Shown one piece after another: positions 38,016-48,190 of a stretch of 64,000 bases of DNA (position 1 is the first letter of the stretch; each line of letters starts with the position of its first letter). The DNA is from Promethearchaeota archaeon. Lineage in GTDB: Archaea > Asgardarchaeota > Lokiarchaeia > Sigyniarchaeales > SOKP01. Both the position numbers and the translations under genes were made by a program. The stretch lies in the NCBI GenBank assembly GCA_048940925.1, contig JBHLOC010000005.1:66687-130686 (forward strand). Reading direction: 5' to 3'. Below the pieces are notes generated by a model. The model was not told the DNA's origin. It made no database searches and saw only the letters and a program-made list of their open reading frames with translations.

Positions 38016-39110
38016 TTAAATTCTTCTTTTACGCCACCAATAAATTGCAAAAGCAAAAGCTAATCCAATAGAAACCAAGACTATAAACAAAATCCAGTAG
38101 TTAAACTCAACCATCCAAATTTCTTTTGATAAACTAGATAAACTGGGCTCAAGTATTTTTAAAGCTGCAAAAGCATAATAAGAATCTATTACTGAAGATG
38201 ATGATTGCTCAAATCCTTCAATTATGTCGGTAAAGCCCCCATCTTGAAAATTTTGCCTAGATAGTATCCATCTTGTTGTTTCCGTTTTATTCAATTCAAT
38301 ATTTCCTATTAAAGATAGGGTTTTTACACAATAATAAGTACTACTTAATAAAGAATGTTTAGCATTATTATCAGGTAAATATCCTCCATAATTGTCTGGA
38401 TCTGCATTGTTGGCCACATAGAATGATTTAAGAAAACTTGAGGTTTGATTAAGATTTGTAATGGCACTTAAATTTCCCAGCTCATTCAGTATAGATATAG
38501 CGTGAAAAGTACTAATTATTGTAGAGACTAAACTAATATTTCCACCATATCCTCCATCATTATTGTAAGTAGATAAAACCCAATCAATATGAAGATTTTT
38601 ATTTTCTATTGGTTTATTTATTAAAGAAAATATTTGTGTAACATAGTAAGTTGAACTTAAACTTACTGAAGATGAAGCATTTGAAAACGCAAAACCACCA
38701 CTGCTTTGTTCTGTTTCATTGAGATATTTGTAAATTTTGCTTATTAAATCTTCTTCAAGGGAATAACCTAAAGAATCTAAAGAACTTAGAATGTAAGAAA
38801 GATCATATAAATTTACAGAATCTTGATCAATCATATCTTCTATTCTTTCTTCTAAATATTCTTGAAGTAATTCTTCTTCATGAGGATTTCTCCCAAAATG
38901 ATCTAAAATATTCAAAGCACAAGCAGTTGCTTCAAAAGAAACTCTACTGTTATTAGAAATAGCATTTGAAAATCCTTCACCCTCTATTTCTGTATTAAAG
39001 ATGAAGTTTACTAAGTATGTATTTCTTGTTCTTCCAAAAACACTCGGAATTATACTTATTGTCAAAAAAAATATTAAAAGAATCACAATAAAATTCCGTT
39101 TGCTTTTCAA
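38016..39110 (-). CDS. Secreted, membrane-anchored prenyltransferase/squalene-oxidase-repeat protein
   Basis: Signal peptide, five 'GGF/Y...ST(Y/F)' repeats (e.g. 'SRQNFQDGGF'), C-terminal TM and 'WWRKRR'. Confidence 0.75.
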   Translation of the reverse strand: MKSKRNFIVILLIFFLTISIIPSVFGRTRNTYLVNFIFNTEIEGEGFSNAISNNSRVSFEATACALNILDHFGRNPHEEELLQEYLEERIEDMIDQDSVNLYDLSYILSSLDSLGYSLEEDLISKIYKYLNETEQSSGGFAFSNASSSVSLSSTYYVTQIFSLINKPIENKNLHIDWVLSTYNNDGGYGGNISLVSTIISTFHAISILNELGNLSAITNLNQTSSFLKSFYVANNADPDNYGGYLPDNNAKHSLLSSTYYCVKTLSLIGNIELNKTETTRWILSRQNFQDGGFTDIIEGFEQSSSSVIDSYYAFAALKILEPSLSSLSKEIWMVEFNYWILFIVLVSIGLAFAFAIYWWRKRRI

Positions 39111-39263
39111 TTAAAAAAACCTAAGTCAGATTATTTAAATTTTTAATTTTTTAAATTTATCTTGAAATTAAAAATTATCTATCAGAGGAACCTAAAGAAT
39201 TGTTTTATTTCAACATAATTTTAAAAAAGATTTTATTAATAAAGAAATATAAATCTCAATATT

Positions 39264-40790
39264 TTAAAGGATTTCACTAATGTCTCGATATAATAAATCC
39301 TTATTAGATTGAAATTGTTCATGTGAAATAAAAAGTTGTTGAAATGAAGCTAAACTTCCCAATACAGCAGCACCTATAAAGATTGCAAACTGAAGATTAT
39401 CAGGAACAAAAAATTTAAGAACTTTACTTGATTCTGAAAGATATTCAGTAAACTCTTGAGCTGCAGTTTTCTCATCTAAATCTTCAGAACCTGTGGTTTT
39501 TTCTAGACCCTCCATAGATCTTCCACAATACGGGCAAAATAGTGAACTAATATCAGCAATTTCTTTTTTGCAATAAGGACATTTCCCTGTCTCTGTTTTT
39601 GAACCCTCTTTTTTAGTTGCTAAATCAATTTTTATTTCAGGCAAGATTAATGTTCCACCACATTCAGGACAATATTCCTTTCCGTCAGATATATCAATAG
39701 TTGCCCCACAATGGTGACATGTGTCTTTATCTTTTCTTTTCGAAGTCTCCACTGCTTTGAGTTTTAATAAATCATTTTTAACAGTAGATAATGTCGGTTT
39801 AGGTCTAGGAATTGGGCCAAGTTGAGGCAAAATTACATTTAGTTCGCTTTCAAATCTTTCTTCAAAACCACTATATGAGAGATTCCCTCCTGAAAATACA
39901 ATATGAGATAAAAGTTCGTGCCAATAATTCTTATCAAGAACTTTTAAGCAAGCGATTACAGCCTGAGGAATATTCATTACATTACTATAACCTACCATTC
40001 CAGGATTAAACAGAGCTTCAGGAGCTTGATGAAGGATATAATTAGGGATATTTATAGTTGATCCATCAGGCATAGAAACAGTAAAAGTCTCACTCACGTT
40101 TGGTGGTTTATTTGGATCTAAAATAAAATAACAATTTTTTTCCTTAATATCTTGGATAATTTCATCAGCAGCACTCGATGCTATACTAATTCCTTCTCTC
40201 ATTAATAAATTTTTTAGATTATGATTAACATCTACTCCAGCAAGAGGTATTTTTTGAACAGCATGTTGTATTATTTGGCCATTTACTATCGGTACGATCC
40301 AAGTTAGACCATCTCCTGATTCGATCACTAACCCTGTCGTTAATCCAACACTAAATAATGATAATAAGGGTGTTGGCATCATAATTAGACTTTTTACACG
40401 ATGAGTTTCAAAAAAAAGCCTTGCTATATATTCTTTGGTTTCTTTTTGTATAAATGGAGGTTCACAATAGAATACCGGATAATCTGCTAAATTTTCAACT
40501 CTTAATAAGGAATAAAAAATATAGTTCAATATTTCATAAAATGCTTCCCAGTCCATAATATTACCCCTATTAAGGGGATGTTTAATCTTGAGAACTCCAC
40601 GCATCTTAGCAGCATCTTGCCCTACATATATACTCCTAGCACTTACATCTACCATAACAGATTTATATTTTTCAGTACCAGTTATACAAGGAAATACAAA
40701 TCTAGGAGTGGGTTCTCCCGCAAAACCAATTTTCACATAAGCAGAGCCTATATCAATAATAATTGGTGTTCCAGGTGATGGTAAAGCCAT
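39264..40790 (-). CDS. Actin-related protein with double zinc-ribbon insertion
   Basis: 'IIIDIGSAYVKIGFAGEPTPRFVFP', 'IKHPLNRGNIMDW', 'TTGLVIESGDG', 'IKEKNCY', 'PEALFNP', 'IVFSGG' and 'FIGAAVLGSL'; four CxxC pairs inserted. Confidence 0.93.
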   Translation of the reverse strand: MALPSPGTPIIIDIGSAYVKIGFAGEPTPRFVFPCITGTEKYKSVMVDVSARSIYVGQDAAKMRGVLKIKHPLNRGNIMDWEAFYEILNYIFYSLLRVENLADYPVFYCEPPFIQKETKEYIARLFFETHRVKSLIMMPTPLLSLFSVGLTTGLVIESGDGLTWIVPIVNGQIIQHAVQKIPLAGVDVNHNLKNLLMREGISIASSAADEIIQDIKEKNCYFILDPNKPPNVSETFTVSMPDGSTINIPNYILHQAPEALFNPGMVGYSNVMNIPQAVIACLKVLDKNYWHELLSHIVFSGGNLSYSGFEERFESELNVILPQLGPIPRPKPTLSTVKNDLLKLKAVETSKRKDKDTCHHCGATIDISDGKEYCPECGGTLILPEIKIDLATKKEGSKTETGKCPYCKKEIADISSLFCPYCGRSMEGLEKTTGSEDLDEKTAAQEFTEYLSESSKVLKFFVPDNLQFAIFIGAAVLGSLASFQQLFISHEQFQSNKDLLYRDISEIL

Positions 40791-40894
40791 GTGGTATCAA
40801 TTTTAAATATTTTTTTCTACTTCTTAATACTTATCAGATATTTTGAGTATAAATAGTTTTATTTTTATTTTATTATAAATAAGAATTCTTTTAA

Positions 40895-41317
40895 TTATTT
40901 TTTCATATATTTAAAAAGGATTTGAAGAATCTCATTCTGTAAAACCAGACCAATAAGTTCATTACTTTCATTTACCACTGGAAGGCGTTGTATTTTTTTT
41001 TTTAACATTTTTTCTAATACATGCATTAATGTATCATTTTTTTTTACAACAAAAGGCTCTGAAGTCATCAAATCTTTAACTTTTGTATTAGGAGATTCTA
41101 AACTCATAGCAAATCTTGCTAGACGAATATCTCTTTGTGTGATAATGCCAATTAACTCTTTTGTTTTAGAATCTTTTACAACAGGAAGTCCTCCTATATT
41201 TTTTCTTACCATTAAAAGTTCTGTTATGCTGATTTTCTCATCTGGGGTTATGTAGACAGGATTTTTAATCATAACGTCTGTTACTTGGATTTGGCTGAAT
41301 TGTTCTAAGCGGTCCAT
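40895..41317 (-). CDS. CBS-pair protein
   Basis: 'IGGLPVV...LIGIITQRDI' and 'IQRLPVV...LIGLV'. Confidence 0.9.
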   Translation of the reverse strand: MDRLEQFSQIQVTDVMIKNPVYITPDEKISITELLMVRKNIGGLPVVKDSKTKELIGIITQRDIRLARFAMSLESPNTKVKDLMTSEPFVVKKNDTLMHVLEKMLKKKIQRLPVVNESNELIGLVLQNEILQILFKYMKK

Positions 41318-41381
41318 GATTGAAAATTTGTTTTTTTAATTAATACGATAAAAATTAATAATTTGTGAAATTAAAATTTAT

Positions 41382-41771
41382 TTATTCGTGTGCTCTTACT
41401 TTTTCTCCAAGTTTTCGTTCAATTTTTTCAATTTCGACCAAATAATCATTATAAGTTTTCAAGAGATAGTGACCCCAATTATTTAATTTTATCCAACCTC
41501 CACCACCACTTCCTCCTTTACCCGTTATCACTACAGACATCCCTGTTCTTTTTTCAATTCTTTTTAAAATATTCCATGCATATTTATAGGAATAATTACA
41601 CTCTTTAGCTGCTTGAGTTAATGATCCATCTTTATTTCTTTCAATATTTTCAAGTAATTTAGCCCAGCCTGTACCTAAAATACTTTTATTCTCAAATTTT
41701 AACCAAAATTTTATTCCATAACTGATTTTAGATTTTAATATTTCAATATTAGGTTCATTTTCAGTTAGCAT
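41382..41771 (-). CDS. ModE-like winged-helix regulator (no molybdate-binding domain)
   Basis: 'GSLTQAAKECNYSYKYAW' and 'GGSGGGG..L' motifs. Confidence 0.85.
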   Translation of the reverse strand: MLTENEPNIEILKSKISYGIKFWLKFENKSILGTGWAKLLENIERNKDGSLTQAAKECNYSYKYAWNILKRIEKRTGMSVVITGKGGSGGGGWIKLNNWGHYLLKTYNDYLVEIEKIERKLGEKVRAHE

Positions 41772-41868
41772 TATTATTATTTATTTATTTTCTAAATTTA
41801 TATCTTTTAACGGAAAAACATTAAAATAAAAGTATTTTTTTTTATAGGAAAGTTTGGTGTAAAAAATT

Positions 41869-42618
41869 ATGTTTTTTTTCAAAGATGATTCTGAGAAAAC
41901 AGGTAGAGAAGTTATTAAAAACCTATATTACTTCTCAGAAAATCAAATGCTCGATTGTAATCAATACATTATTGAAGATCAGAGTTCTAATGAGTTAACT
42001 TTATTCGATGCTGGTAATGGAATTTCAATGAAAGGTCTATTTAAAGGTATGGAAAAGTTTGATCTAAAATTTGAAAATATTACAAGAGTATTTTTAACAC
42101 ATGAACATGTTGACCATGTTTTAGGCGTTTATAAATTAATGAAAATTTTGGGAGATCATCCTCCAGAAATTTTTGCTTATGGTGAAACTGCAAATATTCT
42201 AGAAAAAGGAGAGGAACGAAAGATTTTACCGATTGTATTCGGTTTAACTGCAAGAAGATTCGATGTTGAGATAATTCCTCTAAAAATTAATGATTTAAGT
42301 AATATAAAAGAGATTAAAATAACACCAGAATTTAAATTTGAAATTATATATACCCCGGGTCATTCTTTAGGGTCAATTTGTTATTATGAACATGAAAAAA
42401 AAGTATTAATACCTGGAGATTTAGTCTTTACTGGAGGTAGTTTTGGGAGATATGATTTTCCAGGGGGATCATTAAATAAATTGATAAATTCAATTAAACA
42501 TATCAATAATTTAGATGTAAAGTATTTACTTCCTGGTCATATGGGAATTAGCGATAGCGGTAACCAACAAATTGCATATTCTTATAGAATGATACAGTCT
42601 ATTAGTTCCTTTTATTAA
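41869..42618 (+). CDS. Metallo-beta-lactamase fold hydrolase
   Basis: 'THEHVDH', 'TPGHSLG', 'GDLVF' and 'PGH'. Confidence 0.9.
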   Translation: MFFFKDDSEKTGREVIKNLYYFSENQMLDCNQYIIEDQSSNELTLFDAGNGISMKGLFKGMEKFDLKFENITRVFLTHEHVDHVLGVYKLMKILGDHPPEIFAYGETANILEKGEERKILPIVFGLTARRFDVEIIPLKINDLSNIKEIKITPEFKFEIIYTPGHSLGSICYYEHEKKVLIPGDLVFTGGSFGRYDFPGGSLNKLINSIKHINNLDVKYLLPGHMGISDSGNQQIAYSYRMIQSISSFY

Positions 42619-42751
42619 ATTCTTAAAAAAATAAAAAATAGATTTTGATTCAGCCTCACAAATTTATTTTAGGTTAGTAGTTATTTTTTTTAAGTTAAGA
42701 ATTATATAAGATTGTGAGAAATGCATAATAGAGAAAATAAAAATCTGAACT

Positions 42752-43426
42752 GTGTCTATGATGGGAGATCAAATGGAAAATAAAGAGAATTTTTTAGGAA
42801 AAGATGAAATTATTTTAAGGAGTTATCCAAAAGCAATATTTTTCACACCCTTATTTGTGATTTCAATTGTATTTTGGATTATTCAAGCTTTTCTACCCTC
42901 TTTGAATCCTTGGTTAGGGGCGATTTGGGTTATTATTTTTTTCTCAAATTTCGCTATATCATCATTAGATTTTCCATCAACTCGATTTATAATTGTAATT
43001 TTAATAACTCTTATTGGGGTATTGCTTTTGATATTTCTTGGTTTGATTCCTACTTTAACGCAATTAGGGTCAAATATAAACTTAGGCTTACCAGCAGAAT
43101 TTTATATGATAATAACCATTATTCTAGGCATTATTTTAGGCTTAGTTTTTCTTGGCTCAAGATTTGATTATTATAAATTAGAGAGGAATGAAGTTATTCA
43201 TAAAAAAGGAATTTACTCTACGCATATTGAGCGATTTCCAGTAAGAGGGTTACGAATTAAAAAGCATATTCCTGATGTTTTTGAATATCTATTATTTAGA
43301 GCAGGGTCATTAACTTTAATGTTTTCCAAAGGTGAAATAGCTCATTTAAATACGGTTCTCAATGTTAAAAAGAAAGCTGAACAAATTGATTTTCTCTTAA
43401 GTAGTTTGCATGTAATGATTGAATAA
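42752..43426 (+). CDS. Four-TM membrane protein with C-terminal bPH-like domain, paralog 1
   Basis: 'LRSYPK' start, four TMs, then 'YYKLERNEVIHKKG...ERFP...IPDVFE...AGSL'. Confidence 0.7.
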   Translation: MSMMGDQMENKENFLGKDEIILRSYPKAIFFTPLFVISIVFWIIQAFLPSLNPWLGAIWVIIFFSNFAISSLDFPSTRFIIVILITLIGVLLLIFLGLIPTLTQLGSNINLGLPAEFYMIITIILGIILGLVFLGSRFDYYKLERNEVIHKKGIYSTHIERFPVRGLRIKKHIPDVFEYLLFRAGSLTLMFSKGEIAHLNTVLNVKKKAEQIDFLLSSLHVMIE

Positions 43427-43646
43427 CTAATATCTGGAATTAAAACATTCAATAAAGAAATATAACAGTATTTTTTGAAACTCTTTTTTATAGATTTTGG
43501 AAGAATAATTGAAGAATAGGATCAGTTAGATTAAGTTTTAAGTTAACTCTATAAGATACTAATATTTAAATAACACATCTATCTATTATTTTAATAATCC
43601 TTTCTTTAATAAAAAAATATAAAAGAAAAATATTAGTGATAAATTT

Positions 43647-44321
43647 ATGTCTGAAACTCAAAAAAAATATCCCAGCGAGATTTACCTACGATCTTATCCA
43701 AAAATAATTTTCTTCTGGCCACTGCTCATAACAAGCTTCATTTTATGGATGATTCAAGCATTGATGGGTCCGGATGCAGATACTTCTGTATTAGGTTATG
43801 TTTGGTTCATTGTGTTCTTTGTAAATATATTCGTAATTGCTTTTGATTTCTCCTCAACAAAATTCTTTGTATTAATATTAGCTATTGTTATTATCATCTT
43901 AGTTGTAGTTTTTTTAGTTTTGCCAAATTTCGCAGTGGATATTGGAGGCTTGCCTAGACTTAATATATCTTTACCATGGGCCTTCTATATGATCATGACA
44001 GTAATTTTAGCTATAATACTGGGGATAGTATTCATTAGCGCCAGATTCGAATATTATAAGATTGAAAGAAACGAGATTTTTCATAAAACAGGAATTTTTA
44101 GCTCAGCTGAGAGATTTCCAGTGAAAAGTTTACGATTTAAAAAAGAAATTCCTGATGTATTTGAGTTCTTCATGCTTCGTGCGGGAAAATTGACTATAAT
44201 GCCGGGAAAGGCAGATGAGGTTATGATCCTTAATACTGTGCTCAACATAAATAAAAGGGAAGAGGAATTAGATTGGCTCTTAAGCCATATTTCTGTTGAG
44301 CCTGATGAAATTGATGCTTAA
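43647..44321 (+). CDS. Four-TM membrane protein with C-terminal bPH-like domain, paralog 2
   Basis: Same motifs as 42752..43426 ('LRSYPK', 'YYKIERNEIFHKTG', 'IPDVFE'). Confidence 0.7.
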   Translation: MSETQKKYPSEIYLRSYPKIIFFWPLLITSFILWMIQALMGPDADTSVLGYVWFIVFFVNIFVIAFDFSSTKFFVLILAIVIIILVVVFLVLPNFAVDIGGLPRLNISLPWAFYMIMTVILAIILGIVFISARFEYYKIERNEIFHKTGIFSSAERFPVKSLRFKKEIPDVFEFFMLRAGKLTIMPGKADEVMILNTVLNINKREEELDWLLSHISVEPDEIDA

Positions 44322-44428
44322 GGGATTCTAAAAATAAATTTATTTACTTTTTTTTAATTTTAATTCTTTTGACATTAGCAATAATTATAGATAAATTTAA
44401 TTATTTAACTGCACTTTTTAATACACTA

Positions 44429-45154
44429 ATGTCTCATCTACCAATAATTTTGTTTGATTTTGACGGGGTAATTATAACACATAAATCTCTTGAGTATACT
44501 GCTTCAATTTTTTTGAAAAATGAATTTTATAAATGGAAAAACATAGAAAATATGAGATTGATCGATTTTGCACGACTTTTTGAAGAAGCAGATTCAGAAA
44601 ATAAGATACTAGCATTAAAAAGAATAATCAAAATATATAAAGAGTATATCCCAAGTAGATGGAGGAGAGTTCTATTTATTATAAGATTCCGACGAATATA
44701 TCCTAAATTTGAGAAATATGAGACATTAAAGCCAAATTTAGAGGAAATTTTGAGAAAATTAAAAAAAAGCAAAATACCTCTAGCAATAGTATCTAATACT
44801 AGTGGGAAAAGACTTAATCGTTTTAGACAAAAATTGAATTTAGATAAATATATTTCTATTTTTATTTCTCGGGATGATACTCCTTTTAGGAAACCAAGTG
44901 CCTATCCTATATATATAGCACTTCGTAAGATCAAAGAAAACCATAAATTTTCAATAAATAAAGAATTGGTTTATTATGTTGGTGATCTTCCTCAAGATGT
45001 TTTATGTGCAAAGAATGCAAAAATCAATAGCATAGCTTTATTATCTGGTCATGGAACTAAGGAAAGTTTAGAAAAAGTTAAGCCCACTTTTTTATTTCAA
45101 AATATTAAGGATATCGTGGAAATTGGAAAAATAAAAAAATTCTTATTAAATTAA
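44429..45154 (+). CDS. HAD-superfamily hydrolase (phosphoglycolate phosphatase-like)
   Basis: 'FDFDG', 'VSN', 'KP' and 'VGD...D'. ATG 44429 is preferred over TTG 44369. Confidence 0.88.
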   Translation: MSHLPIILFDFDGVIITHKSLEYTASIFLKNEFYKWKNIENMRLIDFARLFEEADSENKILALKRIIKIYKEYIPSRWRRVLFIIRFRRIYPKFEKYETLKPNLEEILRKLKKSKIPLAIVSNTSGKRLNRFRQKLNLDKYISIFISRDDTPFRKPSAYPIYIALRKIKENHKFSINKELVYYVGDLPQDVLCAKNAKINSIALLSGHGTKESLEKVKPTFLFQNIKDIVEIGKIKKFLLN

Positions 45155-45173
45155 TTATTATATTACCATAAAT

Positions 45174-47900
45174 ATGTTCAATCTTGAAGATTTCAAAGAT
45201 ACTCTTATTCTTGAGAAAGTTGATAAACTTAACAAATTATTTGATAAAAATAAGCTTTCAAAAATTTCAAAAGTAATTGAAGAATTTGAGTATTTGTTGG
45301 ATCAGCAAAAGTATGTGATACCTATTTCTTATATTCTAAGCGTGTTAGCAGAAAATAATATTAATTTAATTTCTGAAGATTTAATTAAGAAGATAGATGC
45401 TTATTTAGATTCTGAAAATGAAAAATTACGAGTCAATTCCATTATAGTAATCGGCTTTTCTATGATGGCGAATCCAAAATTCCTCAATAAGTATTTTTAC
45501 AAGATAGCAAGGTTATTATTAGATGATTCTATAGATATAAGAAATAATGTTCATTACTTTTTATTACCGTTAGTGTTAAATAATCCAAATTTAGCAGATT
45601 CAATTAAAAAAATTTTAATTGAAAGTCTTTTATTAGAAGAATCTAAAGAGAATATAATATCCCTTTTGAGTGCACTTGAAAAGTGTACAGATTTAGATTT
45701 TGATCTGTTATATTATTTTAGAAATATTTCAAAATCACTCATATCCTCGTTAAAAGATTATCAAACATCAAAAATTTATGAAAAATTATTATTACTAATG
45801 AAGAAATATTTTCCTGTCTTATTTAATAGAGAATTAGAAAAAATTAGTATCGAAGAGCTAACTAATTTATTGGAAAATCACGTATTAATGAAAAAGTATA
45901 ATTTTTCTCAAATTTCTAAAAATACTGGTTTAAGACTAAAAGAATATCTTAATAAATTTAAAAATTCTCCGTTGAAAGATAAGAAGATCTATTTCTATGT
46001 CAAAACATTAGAAAACAGCGTATTTATTTATGAACTGGAAAAAGAAAAAATCTTACATTTTTTCGATGAGAATATGAAGATTCCTCAGGAGAAAATTATC
46101 GAAAAATTTTCTCCAATAATTACAGATAAAACAGAATTAGCAGTTTTTATTAAGACTCTAATTAGTTTAAAGATAATTAATGGCTATTATTCAAACATTG
46201 GTTATTTTTATCCGTATGGGCATATAAAAGCAAATATTTTAAATGATTTGAATAATAATGGCGTTATAAAATTAAGGAAATATAATTTCCTCCCTCCCAA
46301 GTTCTTAAAGAAAATTCTTCAAGAAATAATAATATTGACTAAAGAAAAACTATTATTAAGTAAAAAGAGAAATGCTTACTATTCATTAAAAAAATTTCAA
46401 GAACAAATAAATATTAATGCCGCTAAAAACGTAATCATCGATTTAAAGTCATATAGAGATAGATTAATAGATGAAGATTTCATAAAGTTGATTAAAAATT
46501 TACCAAAGGAGTATTTATCAGAATATCGTAAAGGAACTCAATGTGTAACTAATCTAGGTATTTTAAAAATAACAGAAGAAGTTCAAAATTCTAGAATTGT
46601 CGGTTATTTTGACATTTTTAAGATATCTAAAAGATTAGCTATTAATCAAATTTTATTATTTGATGTATTTGAAAGTTTGGTTGATTTAAGAAGCGGTGTT
46701 TGGGATACTAATAGACAGATATTTTACTATTCTAAATTTTTAAAAGAGAGAATTAAAAGTATTGGTTCAATTTCAGAAAAGCTTGAAAAAATAAGTAAAA
46801 TAGAAGAAGTTGCTAAGGAACTCAATATTGATAAAAAACATATAATAACAAAAATTGATGAAAATTTACAATTAATCGGTGAGGAAATAAAGAAAAAGAA
46901 TAAAATAAACATAAATGATTATCTTGAAAAAACAGGAATGGAACTCGATTCTTTCTTAGAATATATCAATGATTTAGGACTTACATATTTTAAAAAAGCA
47001 GATATGTTAATTTTCAAACCACAAAAAATAGAAGAAGCAAAGAATGAAATCAAATATATGTTAATAGATAAATCAAAATCAAATAATTTCATATCATTAG
47101 GAACTTATGATATTACATCCAGTGTAATAGAAGAGCTTATTAAAGAATTACTTGATGAGGAAAAATTAACGGGTATTTTTCATGCAGAAGATAATGAAGT
47201 ACTTTTTTACACTGAACGGGGAATTCGCAACCTGATGTTGGAAAATAGTTTTCTTTTTTCTTTTAACGATTTATTTTATGGGAAGGAATTAAATCATAGC
47301 GAGATCGAATTTTTAAAAGAAATATTTGATGATTTAGTTAAAAAAAGAAAGCTAAGGGGTAATTTTGATGAGGAGACATTAACCTTTTCTAGTGATGAGG
47401 TACTATTTGCTAAAGATTATAATACAGTTGTATTTGAATTTGAAAAAATGGTGAACAACTATATTAGAAAGCTTGAAACTGAACTTCAAAAAATAAAAGA
47501 AATATTAACTAAAAAAGATGAGACAATTTTTCCACAAGAGATAAAATTAATTCAAGAAATTATTGATCTAATAAATGAAAAAGGAGTATTTTGGAGGAAC
47601 AGCTTAGAAGCATATATTAGAAAAACTAATAAGAAATTATTAAGAGATCAAGGTATTAGCATAAAAAAATATAAGAATCTCTTTTCAAAAGAAAAAAAAG
47701 ATGAAATTTTATCACTTGAGGAGGATCCTGAAGTAAATGAACTTCTTAATACCTTCGAGGGTTGGTTAAAATTATTTAGTAAACTTGAATTAAAATACCC
47801 CAATGTTATTTTTTATCAGAAAAGACTAATTCAAAATCCAGAGGATGCAAATTCTAGTAATAAACTAAAGGAATTATTAGATGAATTGTGTTTGGTTTAA
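45174..47900 (+). CDS. HEAT-repeat + tandem winged-helix (PCI/UFL1-like) protein
   Basis: N-terminal 'LDSENEKLRVN' and 'LLDDSIDIRNN'; repeated 'L..LI....I/L.G.F' units such as 'DLVKKRKLRGNFDEETLTF'. Confidence 0.55.
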   Translation: MFNLEDFKDTLILEKVDKLNKLFDKNKLSKISKVIEEFEYLLDQQKYVIPISYILSVLAENNINLISEDLIKKIDAYLDSENEKLRVNSIIVIGFSMMANPKFLNKYFYKIARLLLDDSIDIRNNVHYFLLPLVLNNPNLADSIKKILIESLLLEESKENIISLLSALEKCTDLDFDLLYYFRNISKSLISSLKDYQTSKIYEKLLLLMKKYFPVLFNRELEKISIEELTNLLENHVLMKKYNFSQISKNTGLRLKEYLNKFKNSPLKDKKIYFYVKTLENSVFIYELEKEKILHFFDENMKIPQEKIIEKFSPIITDKTELAVFIKTLISLKIINGYYSNIGYFYPYGHIKANILNDLNNNGVIKLRKYNFLPPKFLKKILQEIIILTKEKLLLSKKRNAYYSLKKFQEQININAAKNVIIDLKSYRDRLIDEDFIKLIKNLPKEYLSEYRKGTQCVTNLGILKITEEVQNSRIVGYFDIFKISKRLAINQILLFDVFESLVDLRSGVWDTNRQIFYYSKFLKERIKSIGSISEKLEKISKIEEVAKELNIDKKHIITKIDENLQLIGEEIKKKNKININDYLEKTGMELDSFLEYINDLGLTYFKKADMLIFKPQKIEEAKNEIKYMLIDKSKSNNFISLGTYDITSSVIEELIKELLDEEKLTGIFHAEDNEVLFYTERGIRNLMLENSFLFSFNDLFYGKELNHSEIEFLKEIFDDLVKKRKLRGNFDEETLTFSSDEVLFAKDYNTVVFEFEKMVNNYIRKLETELQKIKEILTKKDETIFPQEIKLIQEIIDLINEKGVFWRNSLEAYIRKTNKKLLRDQGISIKKYKNLFSKEKKDEILSLEEDPEVNELLNTFEGWLKLFSKLELKYPNVIFYQKRLIQNPEDANSSNKLKELLDELCLV

Positions 47901-47902
47901 AA

Positions 47903-48190
47903 TCACTTCTTATTGTTTTTATCGAGTTGAGAAAAAAACTTTTCAATGTCAATTTTTTGATCTGTTATGATTTTATAGGTTTTGGGATTCGTAGTTCCAT
48001 TCATGGTTAAAATTCCTTCCTCTTCAAGAAACTTGAGAGATCGCCAAATAAAATTTATCTTAGAACGGTTTGATGATTTAATGTTATTACATCTTCTAAT
48101 TCTTTTTGTATTTACAATGTTAACATTATTCTCTATTAATTTATTAATCGCTTCGAGTGTGTCTTTCAAATTTTTTGCGAAAAAATCCAT
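47903..48190 (-). CDS. Small basic hypothetical protein, wHTH-like
   Basis: 'IWRSLKFLEEEGIL...PKTYKI' recognition-helix and wing pattern. Confidence 0.55.
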   Translation of the reverse strand: MDFFAKNLKDTLEAINKLIENNVNIVNTKRIRRCNNIKSSNRSKINFIWRSLKFLEEEGILTMNGTTNPKTYKIITDQKIDIEKFFSQLDKNNKK

